DNA from: Coriobacteriia bacterium
GTDB taxonomy: Bacteria; Actinomycetota; Coriobacteriia; Anaerosomatales; JAJZPX01
Length of the DNA: 64,000 nt
Assembly (NCBI GenBank): GCA_036504755.1
Contig: DASXUP010000023.1
Coordinates: 1,355-65,354, forward strand
Reading direction: 5' to 3'
The stretch's first letter is position 1. Every line of letters starts with the position of its first letter. Shown here piece after piece: positions 1-9,577 of this stretch. The position numbers and the translations under genes are program-made. The notes below the pieces were generated by a model that had not been told where the DNA came from, did no database searches, and saw nothing but the letters and a program-made list of their open reading frames with translations.

Positions 1-458
1 GAGGTATCGGTGGCTCCCGCCACGGACCTTCCCTTCTTGCTTCCCGAAGGCCTGCCGGTCTGGTTCGTGCCGCCGCGCGACGGCGCGCCCGCCACGACGG
101 TGCTCAGCGTACGCCCGGGGCCCAAGGGCCCGCTGGTGACGCTCGCGGGTATCCACGACATCTCCACAGCTTCCAAGCTGGTGGGCGCTACCATGGTGAC
201 GCGGAGCGAGGACGACCCGTTCGTGCGCGGCGAGGAGGAGCCCGACCCGGTCGGCCTGCTCGTCGTGGACGAGGAGCGTGGCGACCTCGGCCGTGTGGAA
301 GACGTCATCGTGACGGGCGCGAACGACGTGTGGGTGATACGCGGAGAACGCTTCGGCGAGGTGCTCATCCCCGTGATCGCCGACGTCGTGCTGGAGGTCG
401 ACGAAGCGTCCCGCACCGCACACGTACGGCTTCTGCCCGGATTGCTGGAGGAGGGCTA

Positions 459-459
<1 letters not shown>
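1..459 (+). CDS. rimM: 16S rRNA processing protein RimM, 5' end at or beyond the window edge
   Basis: Frame is open from the window edge to TAG 457-459. C-terminal PRC-barrel-like stretch GANDVWVIRGERFGEVLIPVIADVVLEVD. Lies directly upstream of and overlapping trmD, the usual rimM-trmD arrangement. Confidence 0.7.
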
Positions 460-1220
<761 letters not shown>

Positions 1221-1772
1221 ATGACGGACGACGTCGAAAACGGCGAGGCGGGCTTCGGGCGCTGGCTGCTCGAGCTCGTCGCGATGATCGGGCTGGCGTT
1301 CGTGCTCGCGCTCGCGATCAAGACATGGGTCGTGCAGCCCTTCATCATCCCGTCCGGCTCGATGATCCCGACGCTGGAGATCAACGACCGCGTCCTGGTC
1401 AACAAGTTCGTCTACCGCTTCCGAGCGCCTGAACGAGGCGACATCGTGGTCTTCTCCAACCCGAAGTCCGACCCTCTGGTCAAGACGCTCATCAAGCGGG
1501 TCGTGGCCGTGGGCGGCGACACGGTGGACATCAAGGACGGCAAGCTGTGGATCAACGGGGCGGCGATGGACGAGCCGTACGTGCACGACCAGCCCACCGA
1601 CCCGGGCAGCGTGGCGATGCCGATCAAGATTCCGGCAGGCTACGTCTTCCTCATGGGCGACAATCGCACGAACAGCGGGGACGCCCGGTTCTTCGGCCCG
1701 CAGCCGGTAAGCCACGTGGAAGGCGAGGCCTTCTGCATCTACTGGCCGCTGTCGGGTATCAAGCCGCTGTAG
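1221..1772 (+). CDS. lepB: Signal peptidase I, copy 1
   Basis: ATG abuts the trmD stop. N-terminal TM anchor. Catalytic Ser box IPSGSMIPTL, Lys box KRVVAVGGD, and GDNRTNSGDARFFG. Confidence 0.9.
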   Translation: MTDDVENGEAGFGRWLLELVAMIGLAFVLALAIKTWVVQPFIIPSGSMIPTLEINDRVLVNKFVYRFRAPERGDIVVFSNPKSDPLVKTLIKRVVAVGGDTVDIKDGKLWINGAAMDEPYVHDQPTDPGSVAMPIKIPAGYVFLMGDNRTNSGDARFFGPQPVSHVEGEAFCIYWPLSGIKPL

Positions 1773-1791
1773 GTTCCCGGCCCCACAGGCG

Positions 1792-1821
1792 TTGCCTTCG
1801 CGGGAATCGTGCGGCTATACT
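1792..1821 (+). promoter_or_regulatory. Putative sigma-70 type promoter for rplS (TTGCCT-18 nt-TATACT)
   Basis: TTGCCT at 1792-1797 and TATACT at 1816-1821, about 58 nt upstream of the rplS ATG, inside the 107-nt lepB-rplS gap. Consensus match only. Confidence 0.4.
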
Positions 1822-1879
1822 GTCCATTCGTGTCCGCACACGTTCGTGAAGCAACGACGCCGTATATGAGGAAAGTGCC

Positions 1880-2221
1880 ATGAACAGGATCCGTTCCATC
1901 GAGGCCCAGCAGCTCCGCGACGACCTGCCGGCCTTCGGCGTGGGTGATACCCTCAAGGTCAGCTACAAGGTCGTGGAGGGCAGCAGGGAGCGGGTCCAGG
2001 TCTTCCAGGGCATCGTCATCCGCCGCCACGGCGCCGGCAATCGCGAGACGTTCACCGTCCGCAAGATGAGCTTCGCGGTGGGAGTCGAGCGCACGTTCCC
2101 CTCGAACTCCCCCAAGATCGTCGGGATCGAGGTCGTGACGCGCGGAAAGGTACGGCGCGGCAAGCTGTACTACCTCCGCGGGAAGGTCGGCAAGGCCGCC
2201 CGCGTCGAGGAGCGCCGCTAG
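1880..2221 (+). CDS. rplS: 50S ribosomal protein L19
   Basis: 113 aa. [44 protein letters not shown] is a typical L19 sequence. SD-like GAGGAAAG precedes the ATG. Confidence 0.97.
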   Translation: MNRIRSIEAQQLRDDLPAFGVGDTLKVSYKVVEGSRERVQVFQGIVIRRHGAGNRETFTVRKMSFAVGVERTFPSNSPKIVGIEVVTRGKVRRGKLYYLRGKVGKAARVEERR

Positions 2222-2233
2222 GCGGTCCTCGCT

Positions 2234-2809
2234 GTGGACGGACCTGAGTCCCTGACGTCGGCTTTCTCCGACGGGCGCTCGCGGGAAGAGCAGTCGTTCC
2301 TTCGCTGGCTCGCCGAGATGGTCGTCCTCGCCGCCGCGGCCTTCGTGCTGGCGATGGGCATCAAGGCGTTCGTCGTCCAGCCGTTCCGCATCCCGTCCGC
2401 CTCCATGGTACCGACGCTAGCCGTCGGCGACCGCGTGCTCGTCAACAAGTACCTCTACCGCTTCCGCTCCCCGAGGCGCGGCGACATCGTCGTGTTCACC
2501 TCGCCCGAAGTGGCTGAGACCGATCTCATCAAGCGCGTGATCGCCGTAGGCGGCCAGACCGTGGCCGTGCGCGACGGCGTCGTCTACGTCGACGGCGCGG
2601 CGCTGTCCGAACCTTACGTGAGCGCGCAGGTCCCCGACACGTATACATCCGAGCGGCCCGCGCAGCTGCCCAACGGCTACGTCTGGCTCATGGGCGACAA
2701 CCGCCCGAACAGCCACGACAGCCGTTACTTCGGGCCTCAGCCCGTCAGACATCTTCTGGGAAAGGCGTTCTTCATCTACTGGCCTCCCGCGCGCATGCGT
2801 GCGCTGTAG
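2234..2809 (+). CDS. lepB: Signal peptidase I, copy 2
   Basis: TM anchor, Ser box IPSASMVPTL, Lys box KRVIAVGGQ, GDNRPNSHDSRYFG. GTG start has no clear SD, so the start is uncertain. Confidence 0.88.
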   Translation: MDGPESLTSAFSDGRSREEQSFLRWLAEMVVLAAAAFVLAMGIKAFVVQPFRIPSASMVPTLAVGDRVLVNKYLYRFRSPRRGDIVVFTSPEVAETDLIKRVIAVGGQTVAVRDGVVYVDGAALSEPYVSAQVPDTYTSERPAQLPNGYVWLMGDNRPNSHDSRYFGPQPVRHLLGKAFFIYWPPARMRAL

Positions 2810-2819
2810 GGGCGGGCCG

Positions 2820-3602
2820 ATGGGAGAGCGACCGAGCATCGAGGAGGTCAGGGCGCTGCTGTCCTCCGCTTCCATGACGCATCTGCCCCGCGTCATCGCC
2901 CGGTTCAAGGACGACGAGCGCAAGGGTGTCGCCGACGCGATCGCCGCAGCGCGCAGGCGGCTCAAGAGATACCGCGCGGAGGACCGGAGGCTGCTCGCGC
3001 TCTACGAGCTGCAGGCGGAGCTCCACGAGCAGGGGCTCGTGGTGATCGCCGGCGTCGACGAGGTCGGCCGAGGTGCCCTGGCCGGGCCGCTGACGGCCGC
3101 AGCGGTCATCCTGCCGGTCGACGCGATCGTGCCGGGGCTCAACGACAGCAAGCTGCTGACCCCGGAGAAGCGCGAGGAGGTCGCCGTCGTCGTGCGCGAG
3201 CTCTCCGAGGCTTGGGCCGTGGCCCACGTCGAGGCCGAGGAGATCGACCACTTCGGCATGACGCAGGCGAACCGGCTCGCGATGCGCCGCGCCCTCGACG
3301 CACTCGGCGTGCAGCTCGACCACGCGCTGGTGGACGGCATCGACGGGCACCTCGGCCTGCCCTGCACGACCGTGGTCGACGGGGACGCCAAGGTCGCGTG
3401 CATCGCCGCCGCTTCCGTCGTCGCCAAGGTCACCCGCGACGCGATCATGGTCGAGCTCGACGCGGTCTACGCGGGCTACGGGCTCGCGCAGAACAAGGGA
3501 TACTCCACGCACGAGCATCTGATCGCCGTGCGCACGCTCGGCCCCTCGGCCATCCACCGCCGCTCGTTCACCCCCTGCAACGACGACCCGAAGCTCTTCT
3601 GA
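2820..3602 (+). CDS. rnhB: Ribonuclease HII
   Basis: GVDEVGRGALAGPLTAAAV, NDSKLLTPEKRE and DGDAKVACIAAASVVAKV. ATG 2820 is preferred over GTG 2799, which would overlap lepB. The start remains uncertain. Confidence 0.9.
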   Translation: MGERPSIEEVRALLSSASMTHLPRVIARFKDDERKGVADAIAAARRRLKRYRAEDRRLLALYELQAELHEQGLVVIAGVDEVGRGALAGPLTAAAVILPVDAIVPGLNDSKLLTPEKREEVAVVVRELSEAWAVAHVEAEEIDHFGMTQANRLAMRRALDALGVQLDHALVDGIDGHLGLPCTTVVDGDAKVACIAAASVVAKVTRDAIMVELDAVYAGYGLAQNKGYSTHEHLIAVRTLGPSAIHRRSFTPCNDDPKLF

Positions 3603-3668
3603 GCAAGCCTCCGGCAAGGATCCGGTAAGCGTCACCCCTCACCCTGTGATCCGAGGAGGGGATGCCGC

Positions 3669-4037
3669 GTGGATCGTAAGGAGCTGGGGCAGAGGGGCGA
3701 GGCTGCGGCTGCCGCCTACCTGCAGCGGGCGGGCATGACGGTCGCCGTCACCAACTGGCGAACAGCCGCGGGCGAGATCGACATCGTCGCGTGGGACGGA
3801 CCCGACCTCGTGATGGTGGAGGTCAAGACCCGGCGAAGCATGCGGATGGGATCGCCCGAGGAGGCCGTCTCGCCGGCGAAGCAGCGGCGGCTGGTGCGGT
3901 TGGCGCGCGCCTACCTCGCGGAGACGGCGTCGCGCCCGCGTCTTGTGCGCTTCGACGTCGTGTCGCTGCGCGTTCTCGCGGCGGACCGCGCGCTGTTGCG
4001 CCACCATCGCAACGCGTTCGCGGTACCGGGAGACTAG
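3669..4037 (+). CDS. yraN: YraN/UPF0102 family endonuclease-like protein
   Basis: 122 aa. GEAAAAAYLQRAGMTVAVTNWR..GEIDIVAW....VEVKTR pattern. SD GAGGAGGGG at 3653-3661, 7 nt before GTG 3669. Confidence 0.85.
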   Translation: MDRKELGQRGEAAAAAYLQRAGMTVAVTNWRTAAGEIDIVAWDGPDLVMVEVKTRRSMRMGSPEEAVSPAKQRRLVRLARAYLAETASRPRLVRFDVVSLRVLAADRALLRHHRNAFAVPGD

Positions 4038-5528
4038 ATGCAAGCCGTCGTCGAGACAGCCACGCTCGTCGGCGTCGAGGCCGTGCCGGTCGAGGTGCAG
4101 GCGGACGTGGGCTCCGGACTGCCGTCATTCTCGATCGTCGGCCTGGGGGACGCCGCGGTCATGGAGGCGAGGGAGCGCGTCCGCTCGGCAATCCGCGCCT
4201 CCGGACTCGAGTTCCCGAACGGACGCGTGACCGTCAATCTCGCGCCTGCACCTCTGCGCAAGCACGGCACCGGGTTCGACCTTCCGATCGCCGTGGCGCT
4301 GCTCGTGGCCACGCGGCAGTTGCCGGCCGACCTGGCAGCGGGGCACGCCGTGGTGGGCGAGCTCGCGCTCGACGGGTCCGTCCGGGCCGTCGACGGGCTT
4401 CTCGCGCACGCGCTCGCTGCGTCACGTCGGGGGCTCGGGCTGCTGGGACCGGCGCGCGGAGGGCCGGCCGTTTGCGGCGTGCCCGGCGTCGCATACGCCG
4501 GCGTCGAGAGGCTCGGGATGCTCGCCCGCGGGCAATTCGCCGTCGTCACGCCCCCGAGAACACGAGCGGGCATGAGCGGGGAGCTCGAGTTGCCGGACAT
4601 GGCCGAGGTGATCGGGCACGCGCAAGCGAAGCGCGCGCTCGAGATAGCCGCGGCGGGCGGACACAACGTGCTCATGCTGGGACCGCCCGGCAGCGGCAAG
4701 ACGATGCTCGCCCGGCGCCTGCCGGGCATCCTGCCGCCGCTGGAGGGGGAGGAGCGGGTCGAGACCGCGCTCGTGCACTCGGTCGCCGGCCTCGACACAC
4801 GTCCGGCACTCGCCGGGATCAGACCGTTCCGCGCGCCGCACCACACTTGTTCCCTCGCAGGACTCGTCGGCGGCGGGTCGCCGCCGCGCCCCGGCGAGGT
4901 CAGCCTCGCTCACAACGGCGTGCTCTTCCTCGACGAGTTCGCCGAGTTCGCGCCCGCGGCTCTTCAGACGCTCAGGCAGCCGATGGAGGACGGCAGCCTC
5001 ACGCTCGTACGCGCGGAAGCGCGGATCAGGTACCCGGCGTCGTTCGTGTTGATAGCCGCCATGAACCCATGCCCGTGCGGCTTCCAGGGAGACACCGAAC
5101 GCCGTTGCAGCTGTTCGGATACCGTGGTGGACCGCTACAGGGCGCGGATAGGAGGACCTCTCATGGATCGCCTGGACCTGATGGTCCGCGTCGACCGGGT
5201 GGACCCGGAGCGGCTGCTCGAGGCGGAGCCGGCCGCGGAAGCCTCCGGATCCATCCGGTCGCGGGTTCTGGCAGCGCGCGAGCTGGCACGAAGCCGGCCC
5301 GCCACTCCGAACGCAAGACTCTCCGGAGCGGGCCTGCTCGCCGCCTGCGGCCTCGACCGCGCCGCTCGTTCCTCTCTCACGAAGACGGCACGCTCCTGCC
5401 ACCTCTCGGGGCGAGCCATCACCCGCCTCCTCCGGGTCGCCCGCACCGCCGCCGATCTGGACGGCTGCGAGCGCGTGACGGAGGACCACGTGATGGACGC
5501 GGTCGCGTTCAGGAGCTGGGACCGATGA
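4038..5528 (+). CDS. comM: Mg-chelatase-like AAA+ ATPase of the YifB/ComM family
   Basis: N-terminal Lon-protease-like domain (RVTVNLAPAPLRKHGTGFDLPIAVALL). Walker A GPPGSGKT, Walker B VLFLDEF. Typical yraN-comM-dprA context. Confidence 0.9.
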   Translation: MQAVVETATLVGVEAVPVEVQADVGSGLPSFSIVGLGDAAVMEARERVRSAIRASGLEFPNGRVTVNLAPAPLRKHGTGFDLPIAVALLVATRQLPADLAAGHAVVGELALDGSVRAVDGLLAHALAASRRGLGLLGPARGGPAVCGVPGVAYAGVERLGMLARGQFAVVTPPRTRAGMSGELELPDMAEVIGHAQAKRALEIAAAGGHNVLMLGPPGSGKTMLARRLPGILPPLEGEERVETALVHSVAGLDTRPALAGIRPFRAPHHTCSLAGLVGGGSPPRPGEVSLAHNGVLFLDEFAEFAPAALQTLRQPMEDGSLTLVRAEARIRYPASFVLIAAMNPCPCGFQGDTERRCSCSDTVVDRYRARIGGPLMDRLDLMVRVDRVDPERLLEAEPAAEASGSIRSRVLAARELARSRPATPNARLSGAGLLAACGLDRAARSSLTKTARSCHLSGRAITRLLRVARTAADLDGCERVTEDHVMDAVAFRSWDR

Positions 5529-6400
5529 GCAAGGCGTTCGAGACTCACGAGCTCAGGCTAGGCGAAGAAGGGTATCCCGCACCGCTGGAGACCGCCATGC
5601 GGCCGCCGGAGGTCCTCTACGTCGCCGGCGATCCCGGCCTGCTGGACTACGGTCTCGCCGTCGTCGGAGCCAGACGCGCGACACCGTACGGGATCACGTG
5701 CGCACGGCGCTTCGCCGGATGGGCCGCGGAGCAGGGGGTGACGATCGTCTCAGGGGCCGCGCACGGTTGCGACAACGCCGCGCAGCAGGCGGCCGTCGAC
5801 GTCGGCGGCACCTCCATCGCCGTCCTCGGCTGTGGCGCGGACTTGGACTACCCGCCCAGCTCCAGCAAGCTGCTCGCGCATCTGAGACAGCACGGCGCCG
5901 TGATATCCGAGGTGCCGTGGGGACGGGACCCGACCAGGTACGCGTTCCCCGAGCGGAACCGCCTGATAGCCGGACTGTCGCGCGCAGTCTTGATCGTCGA
6001 GGCCGCGCTGCCCAGCGGGACCTTCTCTACCGCGCGTCACGCAGAGGACGCAGGGCGTGACGTGTGGGCAGTGCCGGGCTCGGTCCTCGCACCCGAGTGC
6101 CGGGGTCCGAACAGACTCATCGCGCAAGGCGCCACGCCGATCACGGACGTCTCCGAGCTCTCCAAGGCGCTCGAGCTGGTCGGCCTCCTTGCCGGCGACA
6201 GGCCGACTCCCTCGATGATCGTCGACACGACCGACCCCGTCGCACGCGCGCTCGTTGCGGATCCGATGCGTCCCGACGACGTGGCGCGCGAGCTGGATCT
6301 CGACATCGTGGACGTCGCCCGCCGCATCGCTCGGCTTGAGTCGGCCGGGGTCCTCCGCCGCTATCGAGACGGCCGATACGGCCCCGCTGAGAGGGGGTGA
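5525..6400 (+). CDS. dprA: DNA processing protein DprA
   Basis: ATG 5525 overlaps the comM stop (ATGA). Motifs VVGARRATPYG, IVSGAAHGCDNAAQQAA, FPERNRLIAGLS. Only the last 291 codons of track ORF 3791..6400 belong to this gene. Confidence 0.9.
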   Translation: MSKAFETHELRLGEEGYPAPLETAMRPPEVLYVAGDPGLLDYGLAVVGARRATPYGITCARRFAGWAAEQGVTIVSGAAHGCDNAAQQAAVDVGGTSIAVLGCGADLDYPPSSSKLLAHLRQHGAVISEVPWGRDPTRYAFPERNRLIAGLSRAVLIVEAALPSGTFSTARHAEDAGRDVWAVPGSVLAPECRGPNRLIAQGATPITDVSELSKALELVGLLAGDRPTPSMIVDTTDPVARALVADPMRPDDVARELDLDIVDVARRIARLESAGVLRRYRDGRYGPAERG

Positions 6401-6478
6401 GATCGGGGAGTGCAGCGAACAGCACGGCAGCAGCTAGAATAGGCCTGTCGCAGCAACACGTCGCACCAGGAGGCCGGG

Positions 6479-7846
6479 TTGAGCGTGTCGGGGCACGTGA
6501 CCGTCGTGGGTGGCGGTCTCGCGGGAAGCGAGGCGGCATGGCAACTCGCCGAGCGCGGGATCCGCGTCACCCTCGCCGAGATGCGACCGGTCGCGAGCGA
6601 CCCGGCGCATCAAACCGACCGTCTGGCGGAACTCGTCTGCTCCAACTCGCTCAAGAGCGACGATCCCTCTACCGCGGCGGGTCAGCTCAAGCGCGAGCTG
6701 GAGGCGCTCGGCAGCGTCGTGCTCGCCTGCGCGCGAGCGACGTCCGTGCCGGCGGGAGCCGCGCTCGCCGTGGACCGCGAGCGTTTCGCGGCGCTGGTGA
6801 CGCACGTCATCGAGTCGCACCCCTGGATCGCGCTGGTACGCGAGGAGGTCGAGTCCGTTCCCGAAGGCGACGTCATCGTAGCGACGGGTCCGCTTACCTC
6901 GGACGCGCTGGCGGAGTCGCTGTCCGCGCTCCTCGGCAGTGAGAGGCTGGCGTTCTTCGACGCCGCGGCTCCCATCGTCGAGGCGGCCTCGCTGGACCGG
7001 TCGGTCGTGTTCGCGGCGTCGCGCTACGGGAAGGGAAGCGGCGCGGACTACCTGAACGCCGCCTTCGGCCGCGAGGAGTACGAGCGCTTCATAGACGCCT
7101 TGGTCTCGGCCGAGCGCGTGCATGCGAAGGACTTCGAACCGCGCGAGCTCTTCCAGGCCTGTCAACCCGTCGAGGAGATCGCCCGCACAGGCGGCGACGC
7201 GCTCAGGTTCGGGGCGATGAAGCCGGTCGGCCTCACCGATCCCCGCACGGGTGAGCGTCCATGGGCGGTCGCGCAGCTGCGAGCCGAGGATGCCGCGGGC
7301 GCCGCGTACAACCTCGTCGGCTTCCAGACGAACCTGACCTTCGCCGAGCAGCGCAGGGTCTTCCGGCTCATCCCGGGCCTCGCCTCGGCGGACTTCCTGC
7401 GTTATGGCGTGATGCACCGCAACACCTTCGTGGACGCGCCTCGCCTGCTGGCGCCCGACCTCACGCTGCGCGCGCATCCTCGCGTGGCGCTCGCGGGACA
7501 GCTCACCGGGACCGAAGGGTACCTCGAAGCCGCCTGCGGCGGCCTGCTGTCCGCGCTGGGGACCTATGCCCGCATCGCGGGTCTTCCTCCGGTTCGCCTG
7601 CCCGCAGCCTCGGCTTTCGGCTCCCTCCTGGCGTACGCGACGGATCCCGATACGACGCCGTATCAGCCGATGCACGTCAACTTCGGCATCGTCCCGCCGC
7701 TCGATCCGCCGGTGCGCGGCAAGCGGCAGCGCTACGCCGCGTACGCCGAACGAGCGCGGAAGGCGACCGCCGAGTGGGTCGCGGGCCGAGACGACCTCCG
7801 CATCGACCCCGAGGCCGCCAGGGCGGCCGTCGAGGCACGCGCATGA
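6479..7846 (+). CDS. trmFO: Methylenetetrahydrofolate--tRNA-(uracil54-C5)-methyltransferase TrmFO
   Basis: FAD fingerprint VVGGGLAGSEAAWQLA. ELVCSNSLKS and LAGQLTGTEGYLEA. AGGAGG at 6463-6468 lies upstream of TTG 6479. Confidence 0.9.
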   Translation: MSVSGHVTVVGGGLAGSEAAWQLAERGIRVTLAEMRPVASDPAHQTDRLAELVCSNSLKSDDPSTAAGQLKRELEALGSVVLACARATSVPAGAALAVDRERFAALVTHVIESHPWIALVREEVESVPEGDVIVATGPLTSDALAESLSALLGSERLAFFDAAAPIVEAASLDRSVVFAASRYGKGSGADYLNAAFGREEYERFIDALVSAERVHAKDFEPRELFQACQPVEEIARTGGDALRFGAMKPVGLTDPRTGERPWAVAQLRAEDAAGAAYNLVGFQTNLTFAEQRRVFRLIPGLASADFLRYGVMHRNTFVDAPRLLAPDLTLRAHPRVALAGQLTGTEGYLEAACGGLLSALGTYARIAGLPPVRLPAASAFGSLLAYATDPDTTPYQPMHVNFGIVPPLDPPVRGKRQRYAAYAERARKATAEWVAGRDDLRIDPEAARAAVEARA

Positions 7847-8736
7847 GCCCCGAGGAGCTCGTCGACCGCTTCCTCACGCACCTCTCCGCGGAGCGCGGGG
7901 TGTCACCCGCGACCGTGCGGGCTTACGCTTCCGACCTCGCGGCGTACCTCGGCTGGGCTTCGCGGACGGGCACGGACCCGATCCGGCTCACGCATCGGCA
8001 CCTGCGGCTCTACCTCGCCGAGCTTTCCGCGGCCCGCTACGCTCCGCGAACAGTGGCGCGACGGCTGTCCTCGCTACGCAGCTTCTTCGACTTCCTCGTG
8101 GAGCAGGAGCTCGCCCCCGGGAATCCGGCGGCCGCCCTCGGCACGCCGAAGCTGCCGTCGCGCCTGCCCAGGATCGTACCCGCCGACCTGCTCGCGTCCC
8201 TCCTCGACGCGCCCGGCACCTCCTCGCCTCAGGACCTTCGCGACGCCGCCATCCTCGAGCTGCTTTACGCCGCGGGGCTCCGCGTGGGCGAGATCGAGTC
8301 GCTGGACATCGGCGGGCTGGATCTCGCGCAGGGGCAGGTCCGGGTGCTCGGCAAGGGCAGCAAGGAGCGCATCGTCCCGATACACCGCTGCGCCGCGGCT
8401 AAGCTGGAGCTGTGGCTGCGGGAGGGGAGGCCGCGATTCCGCAAGCCCGCCAAGCCCACGGACGCGCTCTTCCTCAATCGTTTGGGCACGCGATACTCGG
8501 CCGGATCGGTCCGCCGGATGATGGAGGCCCGACTCGCGCGGCTGGGCGGAACTGCAGGGCTGACGCCACACGCGCTGCGTCACACGTTCGCCACACATCT
8601 CCTGGAAGCCGGGGCCGACTTGCGGAGCGTCCAGGAGCTGCTCGGTCACGTTGCGCTGTCCACCACCCAAATCTATACTCATCTGAGCGTGAAACGCCTT
8701 CAGGACGTACATCGCGGCGCTCATCCGAGAGCCTAA
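7843..8736 (+). CDS. xerC: Tyrosine recombinase XerC/XerD family
   Basis: ATG 7843 overlaps the trmFO stop (ATGA). N-terminal SAM-like domain. Catalytic region GLRVGEI..., HALRHTFATHLLEAGADLRSVQELLGHVALSTTQIYTHL. Confidence 0.9.
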   Translation: MSPEELVDRFLTHLSAERGVSPATVRAYASDLAAYLGWASRTGTDPIRLTHRHLRLYLAELSAARYAPRTVARRLSSLRSFFDFLVEQELAPGNPAAALGTPKLPSRLPRIVPADLLASLLDAPGTSSPQDLRDAAILELLYAAGLRVGEIESLDIGGLDLAQGQVRVLGKGSKERIVPIHRCAAAKLELWLREGRPRFRKPAKPTDALFLNRLGTRYSAGSVRRMMEARLARLGGTAGLTPHALRHTFATHLLEAGADLRSVQELLGHVALSTTQIYTHLSVKRLQDVHRGAHPRA

Positions 8737-8763
8737 TGGGGCAGGCCCCAGGGGAGTCACTTG

Positions 8764-9558
8764 ATGAAACCGGATCCGCGACCGACGGACCTCGCTACTC
8801 TCTGGGCTGCGTACAAAGAAGATGACGACCAGGAATCACGGGAACGGCTCATCCTCAACTACTCACCCTTGGTGAAGTACGTCGCCGGCAGGCTTTCCGC
8901 GAACCTTCCGCCCACGGTGGAGAACGCCGACCTCATCAGCTACGGCATCTTCGGCCTGATCGACGCCATCGAGAAGTTCGATCCCGGCCGAGGCATCAAG
9001 TTCGAGACGTACGCGATCGCCCGGATCAAGGGCGCGATCATAGACGAGCTGCGCGCCATGGACTGGGTGCCGCGCTCGGTCCGGGCACACGCGCGCGAGA
9101 TCGAGCGAGCGTACATCGCCCTCGAGAACCGGCTCCGCCGCGTCCCGCGCGACGCCGAGGTCGCGAAGGAGATGGGCATCTCCAGCAAGGAGCTGCAGGA
9201 CATCTTCACGAAGCTGAGCTACACCTCGGTCGTCTCCTTCGAGGAGCTGTGGACGGCGGGCGGGGAGCGCGACGAGAAGACGAGCCTGATCGGAACGATC
9301 CAGGACGAGACGGCCGAGGATCCCGTCTCGACCTTCGAGAGCGTCGAGATCAAGGACATCCTCGCCGGCGCCATCGAGAGGCTTCCCGAGCGTGAGAAGA
9401 TAGTCATCGCCCTGTACTACTACGAGGGCCTGACGCTGAAGGAGATCGGCGAAGTGCTGGGTGTGACGGAGTCGAGGGTCAGCCAGCTGCACACGAAGGC
9501 GGTCCTGCGGTTGCGCGCGCGGCTCCACTCGGCACAGGGTTACGTGCCGTCCATCTGA
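8764..9558 (+). CDS. RNA polymerase sigma factor, FliA/WhiG/SigD (sigma-28) family
   Basis: Region 2 [16 protein letters not shown] and [42 protein letters not shown]. Region 4.2 [29 protein letters not shown]. No flagellar genes in the window. Confidence 0.85.
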   Translation: MKPDPRPTDLATLWAAYKEDDDQESRERLILNYSPLVKYVAGRLSANLPPTVENADLISYGIFGLIDAIEKFDPGRGIKFETYAIARIKGAIIDELRAMDWVPRSVRAHAREIERAYIALENRLRRVPRDAEVAKEMGISSKELQDIFTKLSYTSVVSFEELWTAGGERDEKTSLIGTIQDETAEDPVSTFESVEIKDILAGAIERLPEREKIVIALYYYEGLTLKEIGEVLGVTESRVSQLHTKAVLRLRARLHSAQGYVPSI

Positions 9559-9577
9559 GCGAAGTGGAGGTCCGGCA

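Noticed and set aside
3791-6400. Apparent giant + strand ORFs that span several genes: 3791..6400 (869 aa), 24472..28047 (1191 aa), 36765..39524 (919 aa), 13594..15006, 21744..23171, 7261..8736, 31777..33576, 36226..37674 and 10997..11989.
   Set aside because: Only the 3' portion of each matches a real protein family (DprA, NuoM, RibF, CdsA, NuoH, XerC, NusA, NrnA, EF-Ts). The 5' portions are out-of-frame read-through over the upstream gene and translate to Arg/Pro/Gly-rich junk. True starts were placed at stop/start overlaps or SD-preceded codons.
4038-6400. comM-dprA as evidence for a competence or DNA-uptake island.
   Set aside because: yraN-comM-dprA is a widely conserved housekeeping arrangement next to rnhB. 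No pilus, com or uptake genes accompany it here.
7843-8736. The tyrosine recombinase as a possible phage or ICE integrase marking a mobile element.
   Set aside because: It sits in the conserved trmFO-xerC (gid-codV) housekeeping position, overlaps trmFO by ATGA, and has the XerC/D-type N-terminal domain. No flanking tRNA, att-like repeats, phage genes or compositional break are visible.
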